Origin: an uncultured Candidatus Entotheonella sp.
GTDB lineage: Bacteria > Tectomicrobia > Entotheonellia > Entotheonellales > Entotheonellaceae
Assembly: GCA_965217185.1 (NCBI GenBank)
Contig: OZ244252.1
Location: 480,001-544,000 of the forward strand
Length of the DNA: 64,000 nucleotides
Direction: 5' to 3'
This document shows, in pieces, positions 20,242 to 29,485 of the stretch (position 1 is its first letter; each line of letters begins with the position of its first letter). The notes beneath the pieces were generated by a model that was not told the origin of the DNA, did no database searches, and worked only from the letters and a program-made list of their open reading frames with translations. Both the position numbers and the translations under genes were made by a program.

Positions 20242-20616
20242 ATGAGTTCCACAGACGCCGCCAAGTCGAAGGGGGATCCTTACGAGATTTTGGGCCTGGA
20301 CCGCCAAGCCGATGATACGGCGATCAAGCGCGCCTATTTTCAGTTGGTACGACAATTTCCGCCGGAGCGCGAGCCCGAGGCGTTTCGCAAGATTCGCGCT
20401 GCCTATGAACAACTGCGTGATCCTGAACGCCGCGCCCGTCTCTCTCTTTTTCTGTTGCAACCGCCGCTGCCCCTGCCGCCCCGTCGTCGTGTGGCTTATG
20501 ATCTCGACGTCCACGTCGAGGACCTGTTCACGCTGGCCATGGAACAGGTGCGGATACCGATGGAGCAGGATTTCTGCGAACCGGAGCGAATCGTCCATGA
20601 CCCAAGGGGAGAATAA
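20242..20616 (+). CDS. Small J-domain protein with non-canonical loop (FPPE instead of HPD)
   Basis: DPYEILGL...IKRAYFQLVRQFPPERE...FRKIRAAYEQLRDPERR; GAGGAGG RBS. Confidence 0.85.
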   Translation: MSSTDAAKSKGDPYEILGLDRQADDTAIKRAYFQLVRQFPPEREPEAFRKIRAAYEQLRDPERRARLSLFLLQPPLPLPPRRRVAYDLDVHVEDLFTLAMEQVRIPMEQDFCEPERIVHDPRGE

Positions 20617-20620
20617 CGGC

Positions 20621-21691
20621 ATGCAAGAGCCGGAGAGCGAGTTGCGCTCGCAGACCGCCACCGATGCCCAGATGGTTCCTCAGGCACAGCAGCGCCTGCT
20701 GCAGATGGATCAGAAGCTGGCGCGCCTGCACGCGCAAGTCGAACACTTGGTAGGTGATGCTACCCAGGCCCATAGCCAGTTGACCGCGTTGATACGCCAC
20801 GTCACCGATCCGCATACGCTCGATGGGGTCCAGGAGCGCTTGGCGGAATTGACCTCGCAAGTCGAGGCTGGCCGGGAGCAATTGGACGCGCTGACTAACC
20901 AGATGGCCGATCTTGTGAGCCGACAGCAACTGGCGGAACTGGCGACCTCTGTCACCAAACTTGGGCGCACCCAGTTCAAATCGAATGCCTTGGGAGAGAG
21001 CAAAGAGGAGCAGGTCGAGCGATCGTTGAAAACGCTCCAGGACATGCTCACCCGTCGGGAAGAGCGTCAGGAACAAGTTGGGCAGCAGCGTCAAGAACGC
21101 CTCGATGAGGTGCGTCAAGAGGCGCGGTGTGAGCTTGCCGCCGACCTGCTGCCTGCCTTGGACAGCGTTGAGTTGGCGCTTGAGAGCGGGGAAGCCCTGG
21201 TGCGGCAACAAAAACAGGCGATTGCAGCATGGCATGAATCGCGCACCGCTCTGAATCCTCAGGAGGAGATGCCACCGGCCTCGCCTGGCCTGTGGCAAAA
21301 GCTGCGCACGAAGTGGACGGCGCACCCGGTACTGGTCCTGCCTGACGCCGGCGACCCACCCAGCCCATCTGAAGCCCTGACCGAGATGCCTGAGGCCGTG
21401 GAAGCCTGGCTGCAGGGCCTCGCCCTCGTGCGCGACCGGTTTCTAGGTCTGTTGTCGGCCGAGGGGCTGGCGGAGATCCGGGCTCTGGAAGAAACCTTTG
21501 ATCCTCGTTTACATCTGGCCGTCAAGACCGAAACACGAGGCGACGTGCCGCCGAACACCATCGTCCGCGTACTTCGCAAAGGCTATCGCCAGCGCCATCG
21601 GGTGCTGCGCTACGCCGAAGTCGTGGTCGCGCGGGCCGGGACGTGTCCGGAGCCAATCCGCTCAGACTCGGAGGATCCCCAGCATGCCTGA
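20621..21691 (+). CDS. GrpE-like nucleotide exchange factor with long N-terminal coiled coil
   Basis: [25 protein letters not shown]....[18 protein letters not shown] (alternative start 20597). Confidence 0.85.
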   Translation: MQEPESELRSQTATDAQMVPQAQQRLLQMDQKLARLHAQVEHLVGDATQAHSQLTALIRHVTDPHTLDGVQERLAELTSQVEAGREQLDALTNQMADLVSRQQLAELATSVTKLGRTQFKSNALGESKEEQVERSLKTLQDMLTRREERQEQVGQQRQERLDEVRQEARCELAADLLPALDSVELALESGEALVRQQKQAIAAWHESRTALNPQEEMPPASPGLWQKLRTKWTAHPVLVLPDAGDPPSPSEALTEMPEAVEAWLQGLALVRDRFLGLLSAEGLAEIRALEETFDPRLHLAVKTETRGDVPPNTIVRVLRKGYRQRHRVLRYAEVVVARAGTCPEPIRSDSEDPQHA

Positions 21692-23444
21692 GCGAGACAC
21701 GATCATCGGGATCGATCTGGGCACCACCAATTCAGCCCTCAGCGTGATCCGGGAAGGCACTGCGCGTCTCTTGCCAATTGGCGACACACCCCTGTTGCCC
21801 TCCGTGGTGGGCCTCTCGCCTGCAGGGGAGGTTTTGGTCGGGACCGTGGCCCGCAACCAATGGGTGGTGGCGCCCGAACGCACCCAGCGTTCGATCAAAC
21901 GCAAGATGGGCAGCGGCGAGGCGGTGACGATGGCCGGCACATCGTACACGCCCCAGGAGATTTCAGCCTTCATCCTCGGCGAGATGAAACGCGCCGCGGA
22001 GCGAGCCCTGGGACATGCGGTGCAGCGCGCCGTGATCACCGTGCCGGCATACTTCAACGAGGTGCAACGGCAGGCGACGCTCGAAGCAGGGGAGATCGCG
22101 GGGTTGGCGGTCGAGCGCATCCTCAACGAACCCACCGCAGCCGCGTTGGCCTACGGTTATGGCATCGGCGACGACGAACACCTGCGGGTGCTGGTCTATG
22201 ACCTTGGCGGTGGCACGTTCGACGTCTCGATCATCGAGTTGTTTGGCGGCGTCGTGGATGTTCTCGCGACCGCCGGTGACAACCACCTCGGGGGTGATGA
22301 CATTGACGAGCGGCTAGCCCATCTGATCGCCGATGAATTTGCCGCGCAGCACGCCATCGATTTGCGCGAGCACCACCAGGCATGGGCACGTCTGCTGCGG
22401 GCGAGCGAGGAAGCCAAGATCGCCCTTTCTGCCGACCCCTATACGCAGATCACGCTTGAGTATATTGCGCACGACCAGGCGAACCGCCCGTTACATATCA
22501 ATCGAGAAATGAGTCGCATCGAGTTGGTGGATTTGATCGATGATCTGTTGCAGCGCACGGTCACCTGCATCGACAAGGCACTTACGGATGCCGATCTCCA
22601 GCCCGCTGATATTGAACGTGTGTTGTTGGTTGGCGGTTCCACGCGCATCCCGGCGGTTTGGGACAATGTCTCCGAGTACATGGAGCAGGAGCCACACGGC
22701 GAGATCGACCCCGATGCGGCCGTTGCATTGGGTGCGGCGGTCCAGGCGGGTATCCTCGTGGGTGAGGACGTCGACACCGTGCTCGTGGACGTGACGCCGC
22801 TGTCGCTCGGTATCGAAACGGCCAGCATGAGTATGACGGGACACCTCCAGCTCGATCGCTTTACGCCCCTGATCCGACGCAACACAACCGTGCCGGTGCA
22901 CAAAAGCGAAGTCTTTACGACGTTGTATCCGGGACAGTCGGAGATTCACGTCAAGGTGTATCAGGGAGAGGACCCCGTAGCGTCCAATAACGTGCAGCTT
23001 GGTGATTTCAGGGTGGAAGCGCTGCAACCGAATCGCGCCGATGGATTGGCTGACGTGACGGTCAACTTCGCCCTGGACTTGAATGGCATCTTGCACGTCA
23101 CGGTAACTGAACGCGCGACCGGTCGCCAGGTGAGCGAACAGTTAAAGGCGGACCGCCAGCGGCTCAGCCCGGAGCAGATCGACGCCAGTCGGGCGAAGTT
23201 GGGGTTGACGACCGAGGGTCCGGTGACAGCCGTGGAACTGGACACAGAGCTTGACCCCGGCACGAAGGCGCTCGTCGAGCGTGCCCAACGGGCACTGGAA
23301 CAGGACGGGGTAGACGCTGACCTCGCCAAGCAACTGCAAGAGACGATCGAGCACCTCTATGAGGCAGAGGCAGACGGCGACGCCAACCGCATCGAGGCAT
23401 TAAGCAACGCGTTGATTGACTTGTTGTTCGAAGCTGAATCATGA
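21684..23444 (+). CDS. Hsp70/DnaK-family chaperone (accessory paralogue, ~586 aa)
   Basis: [48 protein letters not shown], linker [11 protein letters not shown]. Confidence 0.95.
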   Translation: MPERDTIIGIDLGTTNSALSVIREGTARLLPIGDTPLLPSVVGLSPAGEVLVGTVARNQWVVAPERTQRSIKRKMGSGEAVTMAGTSYTPQEISAFILGEMKRAAERALGHAVQRAVITVPAYFNEVQRQATLEAGEIAGLAVERILNEPTAAALAYGYGIGDDEHLRVLVYDLGGGTFDVSIIELFGGVVDVLATAGDNHLGGDDIDERLAHLIADEFAAQHAIDLREHHQAWARLLRASEEAKIALSADPYTQITLEYIAHDQANRPLHINREMSRIELVDLIDDLLQRTVTCIDKALTDADLQPADIERVLLVGGSTRIPAVWDNVSEYMEQEPHGEIDPDAAVALGAAVQAGILVGEDVDTVLVDVTPLSLGIETASMSMTGHLQLDRFTPLIRRNTTVPVHKSEVFTTLYPGQSEIHVKVYQGEDPVASNNVQLGDFRVEALQPNRADGLADVTVNFALDLNGILHVTVTERATGRQVSEQLKADRQRLSPEQIDASRAKLGLTTEGPVTAVELDTELDPGTKALVERAQRALEQDGVDADLAKQLQETIEHLYEAEADGDANRIEALSNALIDLLFEAES

Positions 23445-23815
23445 GGCGACCCGGGCTTGGCAGGTGCTTCGGTGCCTTAAACAATTCGAGATATCGACGG
23501 GATCATCGGGGTCGCGTCTTCAGATCATTGGGTAGTCGTGCGACGCCCCCGAAGTGCTAGCAAAGGCTTTATCTTCGGGCGGAATTTGGATGTGCATGGT
23601 TCGATCCTTAACCAACACGGCTGTGTTGGCGCAGCCTATCTCCACAAGGTCGGCGAAATCTGCGCAGCGCCGATGCCTCCGCAGCCGCCTCAAGCAATTC
23701 CCCTCGCCCCAAGGGCTCAAGTCAAGGTCCCCGTAGAACCGTAAACGTGTCCCGTAGTACGACACTACAACCCCCTAATGACGTCCAACGACCTCCAAAA
23801 ACTTCAGGACGTTTC

Positions 23816-23844
23816 TTGACATAATGTCGCCAATTAGAGACAGT
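23816..23844 (+). promoter_or_regulatory. Putative TA operon promoter with overlapping operator palindrome
   Basis: TTGACA at 23816, weak -10 (GACAGT) 17 bp downstream, imperfect inverted repeat TGTC-N10-GACA at 23825-23842. Confidence 0.5.
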
Positions 23845-23852
23845 GCCCCTTC

Positions 23853-24146
23853 ATGAATTATCGGGTAATCCAGAGCGGCACCTTTCTTCGCTGGCTGAAG
23901 GGATTGCGTGACAAGCGCGCCCAAGCACGAATCGCCGTTCGTATTGATCGTGTCGAGGAAGGCAATTTTGGCGATCATCGCTCTGTCGGCCAAGGCGTCA
24001 GTGAAATGCGCGTTCACGTCGGCAAGGGGTATCGCATTTACTACACGATTCGAGACAACACGGTGGTCGTCCTGCTTTGTGGCGGCGACAAGTCGAGCCA
24101 GCAGCAGGATATAAAACGCGCCCACCAAATGGCGAGTGAATTCTAA
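23853..24146 (+). CDS. RelE/HigB-type addiction module killer protein (TIGR02683-like)
   Basis: WL..LRD..A.ARI..R, GNFGD.RSVG.GVSEMR, GYRIYY, LLCGGDKSSQ..DI. Confidence 0.92.
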   Translation: MNYRVIQSGTFLRWLKGLRDKRAQARIAVRIDRVEEGNFGDHRSVGQGVSEMRVHVGKGYRIYYTIRDNTVVVLLCGGDKSSQQQDIKRAHQMASEF

Positions 24147-25138
24147 TGAGCAAAGAGACCTACACACCTTGGGACAGTGCTGAGTTTCTTAACGACGATG
24201 AGGCTGTCCTGGAATACCTGCGAGCGGCACTCGAAGAAAACGATCCGGCATTTTTCGTGAGGGCCGTCGGCAACGTCGCCCGCGCCAAGGGCATGACCTC
24301 GATTGCCCAGGAAACCCGATTGGGCCGTCAGAATTTGTACAAGGCATTGTCTGGCGAGCGCGATCCGCGAATCGGCACGTTGATGAAGGTTCTTGACTCG
24401 CTTGGTGTCCAGCTCTCCGTCGCGCCGAGCCGGAGCGGAGTGATTTATGCAGAAGGTCAGGAAATCGTCAGCAGAGAGGATGAGGGAAATGGGATGCCAG
24501 TAGGAGGTCAGGCTTGGGGTGGCGAAGTCATTTTCAAGGAAAATGTCCTTACAGGCGGGTCGTATGACTACAGGCTTGTCAAATGGGAAAACCAACCGAG
24601 GATCGGTTTTCGCTGGACTGCCGGTGGTGACGTAACCAATTGTCCACGGGGAAAAAATACATGTATAACACTTGATGCCGCTTTGTATCCGGCAATTATC
24701 AATGACATGCTGCGGTGTGATCCCAACGCGCAGCAAAGAACGAGGGGATTTTTGGGTTCGGTCCTTGCGGGCGGAAATTACCCGCATCCAAAGCCAAAGG
24801 CGCCTGTCCCGGTGGGTTATAGGCACCCTGAAAACGTGAAGTCGCCGCAGGACATCTTGTTGAAACTGGTCGACGTTGTTTTAGACCGGGGACCGGGAGA
24901 TTGTGCCTACATGATTGGTTTATGGAGATCTGAACACGCCCCAAATAAATCAGCTCGAATCATGGGTTTTCGCTGGAATGGCACTGAGGCAAACCCGCGA
25001 GGTTACCCGATCTCCACGGGGTGGCCGATATGGATAGTGCTCGCAGGGTTGAAATATGAGGCGATTATCAACATCTTGCCCGATAATAAACAGGACATGG
25101 TGAGGAAGTATTTTGGCTTTCCCCCGCCGCAGGCATAA
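24146..25138 (+). CDS. Addiction module antidote (HTH, TIGR02684-like) fused to two copies of an unknown domain
   Basis: WDSAEFL, VARAKGMTSIA, LYKALS...DPR in the first ~95 aa; ~235 aa extension containing GFRW/PRG/AIIN twice. Confidence 0.8.
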   Translation: MSKETYTPWDSAEFLNDDEAVLEYLRAALEENDPAFFVRAVGNVARAKGMTSIAQETRLGRQNLYKALSGERDPRIGTLMKVLDSLGVQLSVAPSRSGVIYAEGQEIVSREDEGNGMPVGGQAWGGEVIFKENVLTGGSYDYRLVKWENQPRIGFRWTAGGDVTNCPRGKNTCITLDAALYPAIINDMLRCDPNAQQRTRGFLGSVLAGGNYPHPKPKAPVPVGYRHPENVKSPQDILLKLVDVVLDRGPGDCAYMIGLWRSEHAPNKSARIMGFRWNGTEANPRGYPISTGWPIWIVLAGLKYEAIINILPDNKQDMVRKYFGFPPPQA

Positions 25139-25286
25139 AACGTAAGCCGCGTAGCTTGTGCATGCACACAGCGGCTGTTTGGCGTTCGTAGCGCTTCAGT
25201 TGCTGAATGCAGTTGTAATCCTCGACGCCATAGGGCCGCGCTCGACCCCCTCATTTTTGGCTTTCAATCAACGAGTTCCCGTGACG

Positions 25287-25968
25287 ATGAGTGCGCTGAT
25301 ACTGTCGATCCTCCTGACGATAGCAGGACTCGGATTGTTTATTTTCACATGGGGGCTGCACCCGTTTGCCTGGGAACCAACACTGCATCCCCTATTGGGC
25401 TGGATTCTGTGTGGCCTGGGAGTACTTATCCCCGGAATAAGTTTTTGGTGGCTTGTCATTGAAGAAGAGGAGTGGGAGGTCTGGGGCATCTCGGCTGTTG
25501 TTGGATTGCTAGTGTTTCTTGTTGGCTGGTATCTGGAGTTTTTGTTGTTGCTCTTTCCGTACCTCTTGGGTGGACTTCTGTATCTGGCCAGTTTCATACT
25601 CGTTGGTCTCGGGGTTCGGGAGGCTTGGTGGGAATGGCAGGCTTGGAGAGTTTTGAATAAATGGCGGCATGGGGCTTCTGATTCGTTCGACCCGTTCGAC
25701 GATGCCGATGATTCTTCTCATGAACGTCAGCATGAGCAACGCGCCGATGATCCGCAGGATGAAGCTGTTGACCCGTTTAAGTGGGCCCGGAGCGTGCTAG
25801 GGATCACCCCTGATGCAACTAAACAAAGAAATTCATGACGCGTATAAAGAGCAGATAAGCCTGAATCACCCGGATAAGGTGTCTCATCTCAGCAAAGACT
25901 TACAGGACTTCGCGAAGCGCAGAACGCAAGACATTATTCGAGCCTGCGACCTGCTCAAGCATCGTTGA
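25287..25968 (+). pseudogene. Membrane protein with C-terminal DjlA-like J domain, +1 frameshift near 25825
   Basis: ~4 TM segments, then SVLGITPDATKQ; the +1 frame continues EIHDAYKEQISLNHPDKV...TQDIIRACDLLKHR* (HPD intact). Confidence 0.8.
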
Positions 25969-26022
25969 ACGTTTTCCAATTGTTTTCCCCAACAGGTCGG
26001 GTGCCGATGGCAGAGGGCATGA

Positions 26023-26412
26023 ATGTCCGTAGAGAAGCTGCGAACGCGGTATCCAACGCCGAAAGCATCATCGTCTTCTGCGAAGGTGTTCTGGCTAAAC
26101 CGGAAGGAGACGACCCAGCGCCTCCTGGAAGCGATGAAGGCGCTGCAGGTACGTCACCCGGAGATTGAGCGCGCGGTGCTGTTCGGCTCTCTGCAGCGCG
26201 GCGACGCCGTTCCCGGCAGCGACGCCGACGTGCTGCTGGTGCTGCGCACGACCAATCTGCCGTTTTCCGAGCGCGCTGCCGCGTACCGTCCCGAGGGCAT
26301 TGGCGTCCCCGTCGATCTCTTCGTCTATACCCGCCCCGAATTGGACGGCATGCTGGCCGACGGCAACCGTTTCGTCAGCCGCGCGCTGGCGGAGGGCAGG
26401 GACCTGCTGTGA
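26023..26412 (+). CDS. Minimal nucleotidyltransferase (MNT), copy 2; start uncertain
   Basis: LFGSLQRGDAVPGSDADV; about 83% aa identity to copy 1 by hand alignment (18 differences in 108 aa). Confidence 0.75.
   Translation: MSVEKLRTRYPTPKASSSSAKVFWLNRKETTQRLLEAMKALQVRHPEIERAVLFGSLQRGDAVPGSDADVLLVLRTTNLPFSERAAAYRPEGIGVPVDLFVYTRPELDGMLADGNRFVSRALAEGRDLL
26046..26412 (+). repeat. Direct repeat copy 2 (truncated HEPN tail + MNT)
   Basis: Colinear with 17590-17956; no HEPN 5' part upstream. Confidence 0.92.
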
Positions 26413-26415
26413 GCC

Positions 26416-27168
26416 TCATCCCCGGCCGACAAACGGCATCTTCGTCGCCATCACCGTGATGAACTGAACGTTCGCGTCCAGCGGCAGCCCCGCCATGTAC
26501 ACCACGGCCTCGGCCACGTGCGCGGCGTTCATGGTCGGCTCCACCACCACCTCGCCGTGCGCCTGCAGCACGCCGCCCTGCATGCGCTGGGTCATCTCGG
26601 TGGCGGCGTTGCCGATGTCGATCTGACCGCAGGCGATGTTGTACTTGCGCCCGTCCAGCGAGGTGGCCTTGGTGAGGCCCGTCATGCCGTGCTTGGTGGA
26701 CGTGTAGGGCGCCGAGTTGGGCCGCGGCGTGGTGGCCGAGATGGAGCCGTTGTTGATAATGCGTCCGCCCATCGGGTCCTGGGCCTTCATCAGCTTGAAC
26801 GCTTCCTGGGTGCACAGGAAGGCGCCGGTGAGATTGATGTCCACTACCGTCTTCCACTGTTCGTAGGTGAGGTCTTCCAGCGGTATGGGCGGCGCGCCGG
26901 TGCCGGCGTTGTTGAACAGCACGTCCAGGCGCCCGAACGCCTGCTGGGTTTTGGCGAACAACGCCCGAATCGAGTCTGGATCGCTTACGTCGGTGGGAAC
27001 CGCTAGCGCCCGCGAGCCCGCTTCGCCGGATGCTTTCACCGTCTCCTCCAGGCGCTCGGCCCGCCGTCCGGCCAGCGCCACCGCGTATCCCGCCCGCAGC
27101 AACGCCAGCGCCGTTTCCCGGCCGATACCGCTCCCCGCGCCCGTAATGATTGCCACCTTGTCACTCAT
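26416..27168 (-). CDS. SDR family oxidoreductase
   Basis: [17 protein letters not shown]. Confidence 0.93.
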   Translation of the reverse strand: MSDKVAIITGAGSGIGRETALALLRAGYAVALAGRRAERLEETVKASGEAGSRALAVPTDVSDPDSIRALFAKTQQAFGRLDVLFNNAGTGAPPIPLEDLTYEQWKTVVDINLTGAFLCTQEAFKLMKAQDPMGGRIINNGSISATTPRPNSAPYTSTKHGMTGLTKATSLDGRKYNIACGQIDIGNAATEMTQRMQGGVLQAHGEVVVEPTMNAAHVAEAVVYMAGLPLDANVQFITVMATKMPFVGRG

Positions 27169-27301
27169 CTCTTACGTCTCCTTCGTTCGTTATCTGCGAT
27201 GAACATTTCGCAACCCGGCGCCCGCGACCTATGCCCCAGCCCCGGCTTCAACCGGTTTAGGCTATCGAATGCGCCCCGTTTGCGCCAGCGGAATTGCTAC
27301 A

Positions 27302-27342
27302 CCCTCTCCCTACCGAGGGAGAGGGGTGGGGTGAGGGGGAAA
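27302..27342. repeat. BoxC/REP-like hairpin repeat
   Basis: CCCTCTCCCT-ACCG-AGGGAGAGGG 10-bp stem followed by GTGGGGTGAGGGGGAAA, shared with the element near 2290. Confidence 0.65.
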
Positions 27343-27507
27343 TACAAAGTAAGAATACCGAATTGCCGCCCGGCTTTTCGCTTGACCCGGCGCTGCACCG
27401 CCTGCATAGTAGCGCGCGTTTCCACGACATTGGGCTTCACAGCCGAGGCGAGAATCCACGCCGTTCGGTCCCGGCGCGGGCCATGCGGCAACGAGGAGGA
27501 AGGCGAC

Positions 27508-28764
27508 ATGATACGAACGGGTTCGATAGTGTGCGGGATGCTGGCGCTGGTCGTGTTGCTGAGCGCCGGCACGGTCTTGGGCGACACGACGGACGTCAAG
27601 ACCTTGTCGACGGTGGTGATCGAGAAGAGCGGTGCCCACTGCCAGGACGATCCCAATTGCTTCAACCGCTACCATCCGGCCATCAAACCGGCGGCACGGG
27701 CCAAGCCGGGCCAGCAGATCGTTTTCGCAACGCGGGACGCCCTGGATACTGACCTGAATTTCGAGTCCACCGCCGATGACATGGCGGCGCTCGACCTGAA
27801 TCTCGTCCATCCCATGACCGGCCCCGCTTACATCGAAGGCGCCGAACGCGGCGACGTGCTGGCCGTGACGCTGGTGGACATCGAGCCCGATCAGTACGGC
27901 TACACCCTTATCGTGCCCGGCTTCGGGTTCCTGCGGGACAAATTTCCCGATCCGTTCATCGCCAACTGGCGTCTGACCCGCCTGGAAGCCACCTCTCCGC
28001 AGATCCCCGGCGTGGCGGTGCCGTTCAACGGCTTTATGGGATCGGTCGGCGTGCTGCCCGGTGAGCCCGAAATCGAGATGATCCTGGCGCGCGAGGGCGA
28101 ACTCGCCGAGGCCGGCGGCATCGCGCTGATGCCGCAACCCACCGGCGCCCTGCCGGCGGACGTCTGCGGCCCGGAGGGAACGCACAAGGATACCTGCCTG
28201 CGCACCATCCCGCCGCGCGAGAACGGCGGCAATATGGACATCAAGCAGATTCAGGTCGGCACCACGCTGCTGCTGCCGTGCTTCGTGGACGGCTGCGGCC
28301 TGTTCGTGGGCGACGTGCATTACGCGCAGGGCGACGGCGAGGTGTCCGGCACCGCCATCGAAATGGGCGCCCGCGTGACCGTGGTCACGGAAATCCGCAA
28401 AGGCATGGCTGCTTCCGTTTCGATGCCGCACTATGAAGGTGGCGCGCAGCTCAAGGCCATCGAGCCCTCCTCGTTCTACGCCACCACCGGCATCCCGATA
28501 AAGGCCGCCGGCGAGGTGCCGATCTACGAGACCTACCTCGATAGCCAAAAGATCGCCTCGCTGAGCAATCTGTCGGAGAACCTGACGCTGGCGGCGCGCA
28601 ACGCCCTGCTCGGAATCATCGACTACATGGTCGAACAGAAGGGCTTCACGGCGCAGCAGGCGTACATCATCTCCAGCGTAGCCGTCGATCTGCGCATCGG
28701 CCAGTTGGTTGACGTGCCGAACTACACGGTGTCGGCCATCCTGCCGCTGGACATCTTCAAGTAA
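27508..28764 (+). CDS. Acetamidase/formamidase family protein with signal peptide
   Basis: NRYHP, HPMTGP, RTIPPRENGGNMDIK, GDVHYAQGDGEV, QLVDVPN; GAGGAGG RBS. Confidence 0.92.
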   Translation: MIRTGSIVCGMLALVVLLSAGTVLGDTTDVKTLSTVVIEKSGAHCQDDPNCFNRYHPAIKPAARAKPGQQIVFATRDALDTDLNFESTADDMAALDLNLVHPMTGPAYIEGAERGDVLAVTLVDIEPDQYGYTLIVPGFGFLRDKFPDPFIANWRLTRLEATSPQIPGVAVPFNGFMGSVGVLPGEPEIEMILAREGELAEAGGIALMPQPTGALPADVCGPEGTHKDTCLRTIPPRENGGNMDIKQIQVGTTLLLPCFVDGCGLFVGDVHYAQGDGEVSGTAIEMGARVTVVTEIRKGMAASVSMPHYEGGAQLKAIEPSSFYATTGIPIKAAGEVPIYETYLDSQKIASLSNLSENLTLAARNALLGIIDYMVEQKGFTAQQAYIISSVAVDLRIGQLVDVPNYTVSAILPLDIFK

Positions 28765-28862
28765 AACCAGGCTCCGCACGGTAGGACGTGTGCGGACCGC
28801 AAAACGCGGGCCGGGTGCGAGGTTCACGCCTCCCGCCCGGCCCGTGCTGTTTGTGAGGCGAT

Positions 28863-29426
28863 ATGAGACGGAGACAGTTTCTGAATGCCGGGCTCATCGG
28901 CGCGTTGGGGTTGGTGAGCAGCGGCCACACGCCGTACCGGCAATGGATGGTTTACCGGCAGCGACACCTGCTGATTCTCACCGACCGCAGTGACCCGCCG
29001 TCCTATCCCCTGGGTAAGCGGATTGCCGCCGTCCTGGCTACCCACCTGCCCGCCAGCAAGGCCCGGGTGACCCGCGCGCCGTACACCGAACGCATCGCCA
29101 GCCTCATCAGCAGCAAGCAACTCGACGTGGCGTTGATGTCGCCGCCTGACGCGGTCGCACTGGCCGCCGGGCTGCCGCCGTTCGAGGCATACGGACCCGT
29201 CGCCCTGCGAACCCTCATCGCCCTCGACGGCTACCTGCTGGTTTGCCGCGACGACTTTCCCGCCCGTCACGCTTACGTCGTGACCAGAACCCTGGACCTG
29301 CACCGCGACGAGTTGCCACAGACGGCCGCGGCAGGTTCGGAGTCGCCCGCCGTCCCTCTGCATCCCGGCGCGCTCGCTTATTTTGAGGACGCACCACCGC
29401 CTGCCGAAACAGTCGTTGAGCCGTGA
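28863..29426 (+). CDS. Exported hypothetical protein, TAXI/periplasmic-binding-like fragment
   Basis: RRRQFL Tat motif; C-terminal VPLHPGALAY as in TAXI-type solute receptors. Confidence 0.6.
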   Translation: MRRRQFLNAGLIGALGLVSSGHTPYRQWMVYRQRHLLILTDRSDPPSYPLGKRIAAVLATHLPASKARVTRAPYTERIASLISSKQLDVALMSPPDAVALAAGLPPFEAYGPVALRTLIALDGYLLVCRDDFPARHAYVVTRTLDLHRDELPQTAAAGSESPAVPLHPGALAYFEDAPPPAETVVEP

Positions 29427-29485
29427 GCACAGGCGGGTTGAGGGCATCGCATGCGCTGGTCAATTCCAACCGGGAGGAATGATTA

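Noticed and set aside
23445..23815. Short ORFs and a GTGTC-N9-GACAC palindrome between Hsp70 and the toxin gene
   Set aside because: No RBS or family motif; cannot be distinguished from decayed sequence
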